A stretch of DNA of 48,360 nt from Bdellovibrionota bacterium (GTDB lineage: Bacteria > Bdellovibrionota_C > UBA2361 > SZUA-149 > JAITKM01): positions 1-48,360 of the forward strand of contig JAVBQZ010000133.1 of assembly GCA_031548505.1 (NCBI GenBank), in the 5' to 3' direction. The notes below the pieces were generated by a model that searched no databases, was not told where the DNA came from, and worked only from the letters and a program-made list of their open reading frames with translations. Shown piece after piece: positions 17,215-27,629 of this stretch (within the stretch, counting starts at the first letter, position 1; every line of letters begins with the position of its first letter). A program made the translations under genes and the position numbers.

Positions 17215-18366
17215 TTACGCTTCAATATTGATAATTAAACTTGCGCTATGAATTGCGCCTGCCTCTTTACATGCTACTTGAATTAACGGTGCTTTTCTTT
17301 CCTCTCGTTCGATTTGCAGTTGTTCGGTGATAGGTTGGCTCCAGATATAGAAACCAAAATCATGAACGTTACGCCTTAAATCTTCAGCGTTGCCAAAGAA
17401 GTCAGGACTGTTCCAAGTACCTGGTGCTAAGAATGCATTACGCACGCCTTGCTTTAGGATTTCGCGTACAGAATTTTTTAGCAAATCCATTCCGTTTTCT
17501 GTTTGTGGAATTTTAGTTCGAGTAGTGGCCAATGTATTGAACCCTGCAACTTCAAGCGAATTTTCAAGCCACAAACGGTTATAAACGCTGTCAAAGAAAA
17601 GCGTGTTACTATTGCTTACAACCTTAGGCACGCCTTCGTAAGATACATATAAATCAACACCTACCGCTGTCGCTTGGTCATATATTGTTTGGTCCATGCC
17701 TAAGTCAGGAGATATGCCTGTCAGATCTTTTAAGTTCATAGTTTGCGTAGTGTTATTACCTGCAAATTGTGTAGAAAATGCACGTCCTGCATACGCGCCA
17801 AGCATATTCAATTTTTCAGTATCTTGCGTGTAGAGAAGTATCTTAGTTTTGAAGTTGCCTTTATCATAAACCCATTTACCAGCACCAGTTCCGGTAAGTG
17901 TTCCAATGTCGCTAGTCACATAAATCAATATATGCTTTAAGGCCTGCACCGTATCAGAAGCTGCTAATAATTCATCGTCATCAACTTCTTTGTTAGTGAT
18001 TATTCCGGCGGTATAAACAAGGCTATCAACGCGCAAAATTGCGTCCGATAAATTTTCGATAACTTCCTCTTCTGTTTCTTCGTCAACAGTAACGTTTAAA
18101 GGCGCGATAATAAATGAGCCTCCAGCTGTGACCATATTTTGTCCTTGCATAAATGCTGATAGTGCAATCTTGTAAGTGGAACTATTAGTGCCAAAATCCT
18201 TAGCTACTTCGGTTACGGATTTATAAGTTCTGTAACCGGCTTCAAAAGCCGTTTCCGGCTGGTCGATAGTGAGTAAAGTTACAGTGTTCATATTGCGTTG
18301 CCCAAGCGCACGTGATGCGCCTGAAACACTAACTGTAATTACGTTGCTTAAACTTAATTCTGCCAT
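17215..18366 (-). CDS. Contractile tail sheath protein
   Basis: 383 aa, upstream of the tube gene. I recall it as a DUF3383-type sheath. Confidence 0.7.
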   Translation of the reverse strand: MAELSLSNVITVSVSGASRALGQRNMNTVTLLTIDQPETAFEAGYRTYKSVTEVAKDFGTNSSTYKIALSAFMQGQNMVTAGGSFIIAPLNVTVDEETEEEVIENLSDAILRVDSLVYTAGIITNKEVDDDELLAASDTVQALKHILIYVTSDIGTLTGTGAGKWVYDKGNFKTKILLYTQDTEKLNMLGAYAGRAFSTQFAGNNTTQTMNLKDLTGISPDLGMDQTIYDQATAVGVDLYVSYEGVPKVVSNSNTLFFDSVYNRLWLENSLEVAGFNTLATTRTKIPQTENGMDLLKNSVREILKQGVRNAFLAPGTWNSPDFFGNAEDLRRNVHDFGFYIWSQPITEQLQIEREERKAPLIQVACKEAGAIHSASLIINIEA

Positions 18367-18383
18367 ATTGTTTTGTCCTTTAA

Positions 18384-18893
18384 TTATTGGTTGTAAATCA
18401 CATTAACATTGTATTTATCGTAGTAGTCGATAGACTTAGTCTTATTATACATTGTCAAACACCTAATGTTAATATCGTATCGTTGTAACATTGCCGTTTC
18501 TTCTAAAAAACTTAGTTCAGTTGCCTGACTAATATTAGCAATGTGAAATCCGTATTTTTCTTGAATCTGTTGCGCGTACGTGGACGCGAGAGCCATCATA
18601 ATTTCAGGCAATCTTAAATCTGCTTCCTGGCCCTTAGAACATACGCTGATAACGATATTCTCCTGCATATTAATTGATTGATGTTCTTCTAATCCGTCGT
18701 CGCTTTCTTTAGTTCGGTTGTTGTTAGCGTAAACAATTGGGCTTCTACGCGCTATAATCACAAACGCTTTTTTATCCTTTGGTAATGTTTGGTTTTGATT
18801 AGAGGACCAAACGCGCCCGGCAGTAATATCGGTTTCATGCAGAACAATATCCCGAATTATTTCTATGAGCGGTTTATTCATTATCATCCTCAA
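18384..18893 (-). CDS. Neck / tail terminator-type structural protein
   Basis: About 165 aa. The likely start is MNKPLIEI at 18881. The call rests on position between the connector genes and the sheath gene. Confidence 0.45.
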   Translation of the reverse strand: MRMIMNKPLIEIIRDIVLHETDITAGRVWSSNQNQTLPKDKKAFVIIARRSPIVYANNNRTKESDDGLEEHQSINMQENIVISVCSKGQEADLRLPEIMMALASTYAQQIQEKYGFHIANISQATELSFLEETAMLQRYDINIRCLTMYNKTKSIDYYDKYNVNVIYNQ

Positions 18894-19221
18894 AGGCTTC
18901 GGTTATATGGTATTCAAGATAACCGTAATCGCTGTAATCTAACCTTGCCATTACTTTGTATCTTAAATCTTTGTATAAAATGTAGCTTCCGATTTCTAAT
19001 CTAACATCAGGTAAGCAATGCACTTGTCTGTATTCCCAGTAGCGCGCACCCTCAGGAAGTATCTTTGCAGCAGAAGCCCCGAAAGGTTGAATAATGCCAC
19101 GTGTATCGATGTTGGTAATATTTTCTTTCAAATATCCGTTGACGTTTTCCTCTCTTACAACGCCAAAAGTAAGCGGCTCAAACCAATCGTTAAAATCTGT
19201 GAATACGTTAGGCACTGCCAT
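18874..19221 (-). CDS. Head-tail joining structural protein
   Basis: 115 aa. Its ATG shares 1 nt with the upstream stop. The call rests on position only. Confidence 0.45.
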   Translation of the reverse strand: MAVPNVFTDFNDWFEPLTFGVVREENVNGYLKENITNIDTRGIIQPFGASAAKILPEGARYWEYRQVHCLPDVRLEIGSYILYKDLRYKVMARLDYSDYGYLEYHITEAFEDDNE

Positions 19222-19766
19222 TATATATACCTCTTAACTTTTTTAGTTTCGACTTTAAATTTTATCGACCTAATCATTTTACCAGTATCGATTAAGGGCT
19301 TGTTTAACCCTGCCATCGCTTCCCCAAGTGTTTGGTCTTTCTTAAGTCGCAAATTAGTTTGAGTGCCTTTTTTATTAGTTCTAAAACGTCTCTTTGCTCT
19401 CGCTTCAACTGTCGCGGGGTTAAGCTCAGGCGTTGTAATGCTTTGTATCTTTTCAATCAGATTATCTTTAATAACCTGACCAATATTTTTAAACGCGCCT
19501 TCGAGCGAAATCTGTTCTTTCATTACGCCAACTAATTGCCCATCTAATTCTTCAACCCACTTTTTGCCTTTCTCCTCAATTGTAGGTTGCATAAATGGAC
19601 GGGCAGGAATGCCTCTACTAATTGAGCCAAACTCCTGCGTTGCGGCAATCATCGCAATGGATGTACCATCATCATATTTTGCATCCTCGAACCAACCAAC
19701 CTTAACCGAAGTATCATCCAAGTTTTTTTTAAAACGCTTAAACCCGGAGCTTTCGGTAAATTTCAT
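19221..19766 (-). CDS. HK97 gp10-like head-tail adaptor / tail completion protein
   Basis: Trimmed to ATG 19766, which forms an ATGA overlap with the upstream stop. IAATQEFGSISRGIPARPFMQPT matches the HK97 gp10 family pattern. Confidence 0.6.
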   Translation of the reverse strand: MKFTESSGFKRFKKNLDDTSVKVGWFEDAKYDDGTSIAMIAATQEFGSISRGIPARPFMQPTIEEKGKKWVEELDGQLVGVMKEQISLEGAFKNIGQVIKDNLIEKIQSITTPELNPATVEARAKRRFRTNKKGTQTNLRLKKDQTLGEAMAGLNKPLIDTGKMIRSIKFKVETKKVKRYI

Positions 19767-20191
19767 TCCAATATCCTTTGAGAACCGCCGATATATAATC
19801 CAGACGCAGGAACTTTTACTTGAAGTAACGCAAGTAATCTTTGTCCGTACCCAGTTTGGTTCAGCCAAAAATCTAATTCGTTTTTATTAGTCGGGGCTAC
19901 AAAGGATACCGACACACTACCAGCCGATTTACTTGCAACAGTTCCGCCTGCTGCGCCACTGCCACTCAATGCTTTGTTATTAAGAATAAGTAGGTGAGCT
20001 ACTAACAACATGATAGCTAATCTTCTTGACTCCCCGTTGAGCATCCAAGCAGGATTATTATCAGGAGATATGTAACATTCTGCTTGAATGATAAAAGACT
20101 GAATCACAGCATCAGGATATTTAGTTTCGTCCGCAAACTCTGGGAACACTTCTCTAAATTCATCAACTGTGATTACAATCTTGTTAGTCAT
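19763..20191 (-). CDS. Head-tail connector (DUF4054-like)
   Basis: 142 aa. The N-terminus, VITVDEFREVFPEFADETKYPDAVIQSFIIQAECYI, matches my memory of DUF4054. Confidence 0.55.
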   Translation of the reverse strand: MTNKIVITVDEFREVFPEFADETKYPDAVIQSFIIQAECYISPDNNPAWMLNGESRRLAIMLLVAHLLILNNKALSGSGAAGGTVASKSAGSVSVSFVAPTNKNELDFWLNQTGYGQRLLALLQVKVPASGLYIGGSQRILE

Positions 20192-20579
20192 TCTTTTTCT
20201 TGTTCTTTTTAGCTTCTGTTTCTTCTCCGCCTACAACAGCTGGTGGAGTTTGTCCTTTGCCTTCAAAGTCCTCATCAGTTAATTGCGATGAGCCGTCCTT
20301 TTCTTCCATGTCACTAGTGTCCTTTTTCCCCGCCTTTTGAATCTTAATGAATCCGTTTCGCTCATGCTTTTGAAACACCTTGTTTTGTTTTAGAGCCTCT
20401 AATTCCGTATCAGTAACAGAAGTAGTAACACCTTCAGGCGTTACTAAAGTAACTTTATTAGTTACCCCAGTTCCGCCTGTAACGGTTACTTGCTTTGTAA
20501 TTACGCTGGACCCAGATGGACTCTTCTCATAAATATTATAAACCACATCAGTCGCCATTGTACTTGTTATAAGTGCCAT
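20184..20579 (-). CDS. Hypothetical head-associated protein
   Basis: 131 aa, downstream of the capsid gene. Thr/Val-rich N-terminus and a charged C-terminus. Confidence 0.45.
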   Translation of the reverse strand: MALITSTMATDVVYNIYEKSPSGSSVITKQVTVTGGTGVTNKVTLVTPEGVTTSVTDTELEALKQNKVFQKHERNGFIKIQKAGKKDTSDMEEKDGSSQLTDEDFEGKGQTPPAVVGGEETEAKKNKKKND

Positions 20580-20596
20580 TGTTTCTCCTTTGTTAA

Positions 20597-21730
20597 TTAA
20601 GCAATACCGGTAAATCTAGCTACGCCGATAGGGCAGCCAACTAAACAACCAGCAGTCGCGTTTGTATAATCTTCGATAAATCCTTTAGTGCGCTGTTCAA
20701 CACCTAAGAGAGTTAAAACGGATTGAATGTACTGCCCCAATGTCTTGTTAGTGCCGATTCTATCAGCCACAATATAAAACACACTCACACCACCGTTTGC
20801 TCCGCTAAACTGAGGAACAATAACGATTGTACAACCCGGATAAGTTTCCTTAATCCATGTTTTGAAAGACTTGGTCCCAAGTGGATTTTGTGTATTTAAA
20901 GCCTCTGCCGCATTTGATGCGATTAAGAATTTAAACGAATGTGCCCACGGGTCGAAGTTATCTCCTGACTGAGTACGAACAAGGTTCATCGCAATATTGA
21001 AGTCATTGCAAAGCTCATCGTAAGTTTTATTTACCCATTCAGTGTCGCCAGATGCACCGGCTGGTACAGTTTGGTACGCAGGCAAGTTAGGGTCGTTCAT
21101 CAATCCGTACGTTTTGTTTGCGCCGTTATTGTAGCCATTAAACGCAACGTCATTTAACGAAATTGCCAAACTTTCAAGTGCAGCGTCACGTTTCAATTGA
21201 GGATCATTAAGTCTGCTCTTAGATGAGCGCGAGCTCTCCAATTTAGAAGACATAAAACCGTCTTCAAAACGAACGATTGTACGTTTCTCGTAGTTCGCGT
21301 TGTAGCTAGAATGTTTAACAGCGGTGTGATCACCGTAAGGTTTAGCCTGTCCGATACGTTCAATTACTTGCAATACGATTTCTTCATCTTCCCAGTTTCC
21401 TGCAATCTCACGCCCCATAGCTTCATCAGCTTTACGCGCTTGAGTTACAACTTTAATTGGTTCGGTTAAGAAGTACTGCAAAAACTGTAATCCCGCTGTG
21501 ATTGACGGCGAAGTGATTGTGTTAGGCGATGAGTCTGTCGCATGCTTTTTGTTTTGCTCGAATCTACTCATTAGCCTATTACCATGAGCGATAAAATCGA
21601 ATTCGGTTGCCTTGTCCGCAAAACCAATACCTAAGTTATCTAACGTTCTAGCCGTAGTATCGCTATCCATCGCCAAAGCTCGAACTCTGTCAGATGGAAT
21701 ACTTAATTTTATTTGTGTTTCTTTTGCCAT
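20597..21730 (-). CDS. Major capsid protein
   Basis: 377 aa, downstream of the DUF2213-type scaffold and a small decoration-like gene. I recall it as DUF2184-type. Confidence 0.75.
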   Translation of the reverse strand: MAKETQIKLSIPSDRVRALAMDSDTTARTLDNLGIGFADKATEFDFIAHGNRLMSRFEQNKKHATDSSPNTITSPSITAGLQFLQYFLTEPIKVVTQARKADEAMGREIAGNWEDEEIVLQVIERIGQAKPYGDHTAVKHSSYNANYEKRTIVRFEDGFMSSKLESSRSSKSRLNDPQLKRDAALESLAISLNDVAFNGYNNGANKTYGLMNDPNLPAYQTVPAGASGDTEWVNKTYDELCNDFNIAMNLVRTQSGDNFDPWAHSFKFLIASNAAEALNTQNPLGTKSFKTWIKETYPGCTIVIVPQFSGANGGVSVFYIVADRIGTNKTLGQYIQSVLTLLGVEQRTKGFIEDYTNATAGCLVGCPIGVARFTGIA

Positions 21731-21748
21731 ATTTTTCCCTTCCTTTAA

Positions 21749-22210
21749 TTATGCGTCAGTTGTTAATTGTAGTACGCAGACAAGACCAACGGTCGCATCT
21801 GTTAAGAATTTAGAGCCAACAATTTCAGTTGAACCGCTAACAGTAGCGCCTGCTTCGCCAGCAGAAATTGAACCATTGTCAGTGCTAAAAAATGCAGTAT
21901 CGCCAACATTAGCAGTGTTAGTTACTACGACATAAAGTCGTCCGAAAGTGCATGCCTCGACTTGAGTATTTGCAGCGACTTCCAAACTTGGGTCCAATCC
22001 TTGCAGTGCTAATGTTTTTGGACTGACGATAATTCCGGCAAATGCGCCTGTGCCACCTGCATTAACTCCGCCAGTTCCCTGTGTTACCGCTCTCCCAATT
22101 GTAACTTTGGTTAAGGCAACATGTGAATTAACACGCGATATACTAGAGTCAGCCATTTCGCCGACAATGCCTAACGCCTGTTTGTCATAAACGTTTTTTT
22201 GTAGTGTCAT
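21749..22210 (-). CDS. Head decoration / cement-like protein
   Basis: 153 aa, Gly/Thr/Ala-rich beta-type sequence. Lies between the scaffold and capsid genes. Confidence 0.45.
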   Translation of the reverse strand: MTLQKNVYDKQALGIVGEMADSSISRVNSHVALTKVTIGRAVTQGTGGVNAGGTGAFAGIIVSPKTLALQGLDPSLEVAANTQVEACTFGRLYVVVTNTANVGDTAFFSTDNGSISAGEAGATVSGSTEIVGSKFLTDATVGLVCVLQLTTDA

Positions 22211-22248
22211 GATTTATTTCTCCTTCTTTTTATTTTATTGTTGTTAAA

Positions 22249-23385
22249 TTATTTGCCCTCTAAATATTTTAGAGTGCCTTTGTCCTCTTGCTCCGCGTAA
22301 GCATTGCTAATTGCCTGGTCTATGCCGTAACGAGCGCCATCTTGCTTTTTAGCGGCAAGATAGCCCCGTAATACAGCTTCATGTTCGCCTTTGCCTGCTT
22401 GCAATTTGAGTTTTTTACATCCATATTCAGCAACTTGTTTTGCAGTCCAACCGTCGCAAGCAAAGTCATTGATGAGAGGTTTTAGACTTTCTACAAGTCT
22501 ATTACGCCTATCAATTTCAGCGATTGCTTTCGGCATAGCATCTTGTGATGTTTCGGTTTTTGCTTCTGCTTTTTTAAGTTCGTTGCCTTCTTCATCACTA
22601 GTTTTTTTAGGTTCATCATCTTCCTTTTTAGGATCGTCATCGTTGTCTTCGACTTCCTCTTTATTAAGGTCTTTGTTATCGACGACTTTTTCTTCTATTG
22701 CACCTACTCCTTCATCGCTTGTTTTTTCTGCAACAGAAGCAATAATTATTTTCGCTTGCTCTTCGCTAATACCCGCATTTGCCAATGCTTTAGCTAAAGC
22801 TTCTAATTGTTGTTCATTCATATTAACTGTCTCCTTTTCTTCATTTGTTATTATTGCGTCTATGGCATCAAAAGTAATTTGATGGTCATAAACCCTTACA
22901 TTTTTTCCCATGCGTCCGTTGTCAACCAATGCGATGTGATTACCTTTGATACTTCGTTGTATCGCATCGTATTGTTGCCCTTCCCAAACTCCGTTTGAAA
23001 TTTCGTAGTTGCATCTATAGCCAAGCGATAACTCTTTTTTACCGCTGTTAATTTCATCTTTTAAATCTTCGGAAAAAATCTTGATGTCTGCATACATCAC
23101 GCCGTTATCAATTTTTGGGTTGAAAATTATTCCGCCTGCTTGACGCTTGTCATAAGGCGTAAAATCCTCGCCTATCATTTCGTGTTCATTAATAAGTGGA
23201 ACGGCGTTAAAGCTTTCTATGGTTTCATTATTGGAGAGCTCTTCAATTGGACGAAGTACGTTATAAACCTTATCAGGCTCTAATTCTTGGTTTATATGTT
23301 TGCCTAAATAAGGATAAACACCTGCCTTAGAAATTGGATTATCCTTGATCAACCAAAAGCCATTGTCGTCTATGATTTTTCCCAT
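22249..23385 (-). CDS. Prohead scaffold/protease-like protein (DUF2213-like)
   Basis: 378 aa. The N-terminal FWLIKDNPISKAGVYPYLG...LSLGYRC...GNHIALVDNGRMG matches DUF2213 as I recall it. Acidic, helical C-terminal half. Confidence 0.65.
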   Translation of the reverse strand: MGKIIDDNGFWLIKDNPISKAGVYPYLGKHINQELEPDKVYNVLRPIEELSNNETIESFNAVPLINEHEMIGEDFTPYDKRQAGGIIFNPKIDNGVMYADIKIFSEDLKDEINSGKKELSLGYRCNYEISNGVWEGQQYDAIQRSIKGNHIALVDNGRMGKNVRVYDHQITFDAIDAIITNEEKETVNMNEQQLEALAKALANAGISEEQAKIIIASVAEKTSDEGVGAIEEKVVDNKDLNKEEVEDNDDDPKKEDDEPKKTSDEEGNELKKAEAKTETSQDAMPKAIAEIDRRNRLVESLKPLINDFACDGWTAKQVAEYGCKKLKLQAGKGEHEAVLRGYLAAKKQDGARYGIDQAISNAYAEQEDKGTLKYLEGK

Positions 23386-23391
23386 AACAAT

Positions 23392-23419
23392 ATTGTATAG
23401 GAAAAATTCCTTGTGTTAA
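23392..23419 (-). promoter_or_regulatory. Late promoter P(head): TTAACACAAG -35, 16-nt spacer, TACAAT
   Basis: On the minus strand, TTAACA is at 23419-23414 and TACAAT at 23397-23392. The ATG of the scaffold gene begins 6 nt after the -10 element. Confidence 0.5.
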
Positions 23420-23436
23420 TACTTAGTGAAAAAAAA

Positions 23437-24075
23437 TTATTCGCCAGAGTTGGCGTATTCGATGATATATTTTACACCCATACCTTTAGGTAGATAGCTT
23501 TTTTGATTGGCAATTAAAAAGACTAGCATATTGTCAATGTCGTTTATCGTTATAGTAACCGTCATGTCGTAATTATCTTGACGGGTGATACTATCGCCAA
23601 AGAAAGTTGAATACAATTCGTCCAAGTTGGCTGTCGTCCACTGCGTCATATTGTACATTATTTTCAACTTGATTAATGTGCGCATTTGCACATCATTTAA
23701 GGTATAAATTGAGTTATAGCGCGAACGATAACGCTTATAAATCGCATAAGATAATTTTTGAGCGGTAGAAATTGGCGTGTCAGATAATGCGCCACTATCA
23801 GATAATTCGTAATATATTTTATCTAAGTCAACGCCATATAGATTGCGCGGGATTCCTACCCATTCGCCTAGAATATTGAGCTGTGCACCTTCTGCAGTTT
23901 CCAAGTCAAAGGCGTTTTCTAACTCAAGTAAATCCTCAAATAGCGGGCGAGTAACGGTTGCCACCGTTGCTCGTGCCTTAGTCTTCTGATGATATTGTAT
24001 TATTAGAAGATTGACGTAGTATCTTGCTATGTCGTTACGCCAATCGTTATAGTTTATAGAAATTTGCTGTGTCAT
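23437..24075 (-). CDS. Baseplate-distal protein (DUF2612-like)
   Basis: 212 aa. LIIQYHQKTKA...LETAEGAQLNILGEWVGIPR matches my memory of DUF2612. Follows baseplate J. Confidence 0.55.
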   Translation of the reverse strand: MTQQISINYNDWRNDIARYYVNLLIIQYHQKTKARATVATVTRPLFEDLLELENAFDLETAEGAQLNILGEWVGIPRNLYGVDLDKIYYELSDSGALSDTPISTAQKLSYAIYKRYRSRYNSIYTLNDVQMRTLIKLKIMYNMTQWTTANLDELYSTFFGDSITRQDNYDMTVTITINDIDNMLVFLIANQKSYLPKGMGVKYIIEYANSGE

Positions 24076-25274
24076 TAATCGTATGTAGTTTCGGTTATGG
24101 TAATATTAGCTGGGTCAACCGTGAAAATATTTATTTTACTTGTTGGTGATACATAAGCATCCTCCCAAGTAGTGCCATCATTAGAAACTTGCATATTGTA
24201 GGGTAGGTTATTAGGTACGATACCCTTAACTAAAGCGGTTAATACTGACGTATCTGCTTTTTCACCTACGCCAAGTTTATAATCTCGCTGGAGACTATTT
24301 TTGATATAATCTTCGTCTATCGCGGATAAATCAAGCGATTCTATGTCAAATCTAATGTGTAATGATTCATTTACTGGGCGATCAAACTTAGCTGGGAACG
24401 TACCTTGGAAACCTGCGGCACGCGGAACGTTAACTGTAATATTGCCGTACATATTACAGCCTTCATTATGTTTTAAATAAATTGCACGTCCAATATCGGC
24501 ATCAGAACCACCTTGAACAACTACCCAAATACTATGCGGTGGCTGTTCGTCTGCATCTGTTTCGTTCTCTACATTTTCATAAACTTCGGCATATTTAACG
24601 CCTTCAATATCAAGTAATAATGCTTTCAATCCATCAATAATACCACTAGAAGCAATTGCGGTTGACAAGGCGCGTCTATGCCTAAACTCATCGTCTGTTT
24701 CTTCGTTAGTCCCTCTAATATATTCTGCTTGTGGATTATTGACGCCGACAACGCCTAGTATAATATCAACTGGTATGTTGATTGAGTTAGGTAACGCTTC
24801 AATTTCGCCCATTTGACGTGCCCTAAAAGATAATAATGCCGAACCACTACTTGCGCCTACTGTGCTAGTATTGGCTAATATAAATTGATTATCTTCGGCA
24901 TCTTTGACTGTGTAGCCTGTACCGTTAGGGTCAGAAAAGCTATTGTCTAAGCCTTTCAATGTCACCGTTTTATTGACAGATATTAAAACATTAACTTGCG
25001 TATATGTGCCTGCTTTTCTTTTAATGCCGTTAAGTACGTATGTTCTATCTTGCTGTTGTCCAACATTCGCATTAGGCGCAAAGCTGTTATAAAGGTCGAT
25101 CAACTTTTCATCTTTATCGCGTATCGCCTGCGCAAAAACATTTAGAAGTTGTCCGTCCGGCGAGTTTTGGTCGATATTAATATCATCACCGTAAATTGCT
25201 TTAAATTTAACCGATAATTCGGCTATTATCTCTTGCAAGGCTGGTATCGTAATCCCGTTATAGTTAATCGTCAT
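24075..25274 (-). CDS. Baseplate J-like protein
   Basis: 399 aa. Size, position and N-terminal pattern are typical of gpJ/gp47/XkdT. Confidence 0.7.
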   Translation of the reverse strand: MTINYNGITIPALQEIIAELSVKFKAIYGDDINIDQNSPDGQLLNVFAQAIRDKDEKLIDLYNSFAPNANVGQQQDRTYVLNGIKRKAGTYTQVNVLISVNKTVTLKGLDNSFSDPNGTGYTVKDAEDNQFILANTSTVGASSGSALLSFRARQMGEIEALPNSINIPVDIILGVVGVNNPQAEYIRGTNEETDDEFRHRRALSTAIASSGIIDGLKALLLDIEGVKYAEVYENVENETDADEQPPHSIWVVVQGGSDADIGRAIYLKHNEGCNMYGNITVNVPRAAGFQGTFPAKFDRPVNESLHIRFDIESLDLSAIDEDYIKNSLQRDYKLGVGEKADTSVLTALVKGIVPNNLPYNMQVSNDGTTWEDAYVSPTSKINIFTVDPANITITETTYD

Positions 25275-25277
25275 ATT

Positions 25278-25625
25278 TTATACCTCGGCTTTGCCTGCAT
25301 AATTGTTTCTAAAGATTGTATCTACAGAATAGCTTGCAATTAATTTTCTGTTTTCGTTATATTCAATAACCAAATCTTTCAATGCGACTACTCCGTAAGA
25401 CTGAACTATTATAGCCCTTATTGCACGCTCTAGGACTGGTCTGTAATTTCTATCCAATAGTTTAAACCAATCAATTCCGGCATCCGTATCGAAAAAGCAG
25501 TCATTAAAAAATGAAAGCAAACGCGTCTTTATGTTAATCCCAATGGCATCGTTATTGAACATAAAGTTCTCGCGTCCTTTTCCAAATTGCCAATCGTGAT
25601 TTATATCTAAGTTTCTGTGTATCAT
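25278..25625 (-). CDS. Baseplate wedge protein (gpW/gp25/XkdS-like)
   Basis: 115 aa, between the spike gene and baseplate J. Confidence 0.5.
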   Translation of the reverse strand: MIHRNLDINHDWQFGKGRENFMFNNDAIGINIKTRLLSFFNDCFFDTDAGIDWFKLLDRNYRPVLERAIRAIIVQSYGVVALKDLVIEYNENRKLIASYSVDTIFRNNYAGKAEV

Positions 25626-26416
25626 TAGTTAGGTGCTCCAGTATTTCCGCTACCTGCTGCCGCCGTCCACGTGTACGGATGCTGATGTTGTTTTAAACTT
25701 TTTCCACCTGCTTTAACGTCTCCGGACGTGTTAAAATCAAAAGTAGGTTCATTGCCATCTATCCCAAGTGGTGAACTACCAAGTTGTAGAACCGGGATTT
25801 TCGCAACGCCTGCGAACTCTACAACCGGAGTATTAAGGTTAATGCTGGTGGCCGCTACTATTTGTGCAGTTGCGCAAGTTACAGTTACCGCATCCCCTAC
25901 TATTGTAACAGTTACGGTGCCATTTGTTAAGGTTGCCTCGTTATCTTTTAAAACTAATTTAGTTTTGCCTTTTCTTAAGGTTGTTGCGTTTGCGTCATAA
26001 TCTGCTAGCGGATTGTTCAAACTGCGAAGTCCTACAATCGCAATTCCGTCCATAATGTGATGTGTTCTTTCAGATTGTGGCACGCTTACATCGCCACTAA
26101 AAAACCAATTGTCTAAATCCCTGTCATTGAAACATACTAGACAATCGCAACCAGTCGGATCAGGGAAGGTAAGTTCGCCACTTGTGCCACCACCTATGAT
26201 TACAAGCGGAACTTCGACTAATAATGAACGCTCTGTCACGGTTGGTTCTTGCCCTTCATTCTCAATTGTCATATTATCGACCAGCTGAACCTCAACTGTA
26301 TTTTTGCTTGTGTCGTAAGCTGTTATACGCCCGATTTTATGGCAATTCGTATCAATGCCGATTGTTCTTTGTAGCTCTTTTAGTACGTCGTTTAAACTTG
26401 GTTGTGTCTTTTGCAT
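25625..26416 (-). CDS. Baseplate central spike (gpV / Mu gp45-like)
   Basis: 263 aa. N-terminal OB-like region. C-terminal beta-helical repeats with LKQHQHPYTWTAAAGSGNTGAP (H.H...G.T..P pattern). Confidence 0.6.
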   Translation of the reverse strand: MQKTQPSLNDVLKELQRTIGIDTNCHKIGRITAYDTSKNTVEVQLVDNMTIENEGQEPTVTERSLLVEVPLVIIGGGTSGELTFPDPTGCDCLVCFNDRDLDNWFFSGDVSVPQSERTHHIMDGIAIVGLRSLNNPLADYDANATTLRKGKTKLVLKDNEATLTNGTVTVTIVGDAVTVTCATAQIVAATSINLNTPVVEFAGVAKIPVLQLGSSPLGIDGNEPTFDFNTSGDVKAGGKSLKQHQHPYTWTAAAGSGNTGAPN

Positions 26417-26417
26417 T

Positions 26418-27284
26418 TTATCCCACTAAGGTTAATAACGAATGTCCAAATTCAAGGCTAAGTGTTGTTATACAAGTTCCACTAGTTGCACCTGAAATCG
26501 TGCCTTGATGTTTAACACTACATACTTTGTATTGTCCCGAAAATTTACCTGACGAAGTTCGCAAATCAACAAACTGCCCGGTCCTAATTCGAGGCTCAAA
26601 AATCATCTGTATATCAAGATATTGTTCCCTGCGTTTCGGTGTATCTAGCAATCCTGTTTCTGCATCTACAATGTAAATTTCACCGTTTAACGCCTCACTA
26701 TCGTCTAAGATTATGACTACATCGTTATCAATGTATGCGCGTCCTTCTGTAACCTCTGCAACACCTTCAAGGGTTGAGCCTTGATATACATATCCGCGTT
26801 TATATACCTTAGATTTGGACGATTTGTAGCCCATAGTTAAAAAGGTGCAATCATCTTTGACGAAACGCTCTGCTATATCATTAGCCATAACTTCGCCCTT
26901 GATTGTTTTGGATGTCATAGCGTTTCTCATGTCAAACATTCCACTAGAGCAATCTAATTCAGTAATAAAATTTACTCCGTTGCGAGCTGATACGCCTTCC
27001 CAAACATTGCCTTTAAAAATACAGGCAAGAGAATTTTCATAGCCCGCGTTGAACGTAAGAATTTTAGCGTTGGCGTAATTGAATTTATCGTGATTCAAAA
27101 ATGATTGCGTACTTGCGTTTAAATTATAAATTTTAAATCTTGCTTTGCACTCAAAGTTATATAAATCGCGCGTAATATCAAATTCAACAGTTAGTGGGTA
27201 ATTGATTTCTAATTGGTCTATAAGCCCGTTCTTAGCAGTTCTACTTTCTACGATTAGATTGAAATTGCGCCCTAATTTTCCCAT
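26418..27284 (-). CDS. Baseplate hub-type protein
   Basis: 288 aa, immediately upstream of the spike gene. The call rests on position and size. Confidence 0.45.
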   Translation of the reverse strand: MGKLGRNFNLIVESRTAKNGLIDQLEINYPLTVEFDITRDLYNFECKARFKIYNLNASTQSFLNHDKFNYANAKILTFNAGYENSLACIFKGNVWEGVSARNGVNFITELDCSSGMFDMRNAMTSKTIKGEVMANDIAERFVKDDCTFLTMGYKSSKSKVYKRGYVYQGSTLEGVAEVTEGRAYIDNDVVIILDDSEALNGEIYIVDAETGLLDTPKRREQYLDIQMIFEPRIRTGQFVDLRTSSGKFSGQYKVCSVKHQGTISGATSGTCITTLSLEFGHSLLTLVG

Positions 27285-27629
27285 CTACTGCCTCACAAAA
27301 TAGGTTTCTATTTCTTTTATCTCGTCTTTGTTTTCGACTAGATAGACAGCAACTTTTCCGGTAGCGAAGTCATCTATTGAGTTTATCGGTTGGTTATTTG
27401 CTGATGTAACAAGAAATGAAAAAGGAAAGATATTAACGAACTCGCGCATTATGTTTAGCCCTGTGACTAGGCGTGTATTTTTTATTTCTCTATCTCTATA
27501 TTTAAAGCCATAAAACCAAGTTGCCTGATTTTGTAAGAAGTCAAAAAACAATTCTAGGGTTTCGCCCGTCTCTAAGAGCATTCTAAATCTTTGGCTTGGT
27601 GCATTAGTTAAGGCGGTTAATTGTTTCAT
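27285..27629 (-). CDS. Hypothetical tail/baseplate protein
   Basis: 114 aa. First gene of the baseplate block. Confidence 0.4.
   Translation of the reverse strand: MKQLTALTNAPSQRFRMLLETGETLELFFDFLQNQATWFYGFKYRDREIKNTRLVTGLNIMREFVNIFPFSFLVTSANNQPINSIDDFATGKVAVYLVENKDEIKEIETYFVRQ

Noticed and set aside
22391-22882. 163-aa Ser/Leu-rich plus-strand ORF
   Set aside because: It is antisense to the acidic, helical C-terminal half of the scaffold gene. Its low-complexity composition mirrors the GAA/GAT-rich sense strand.
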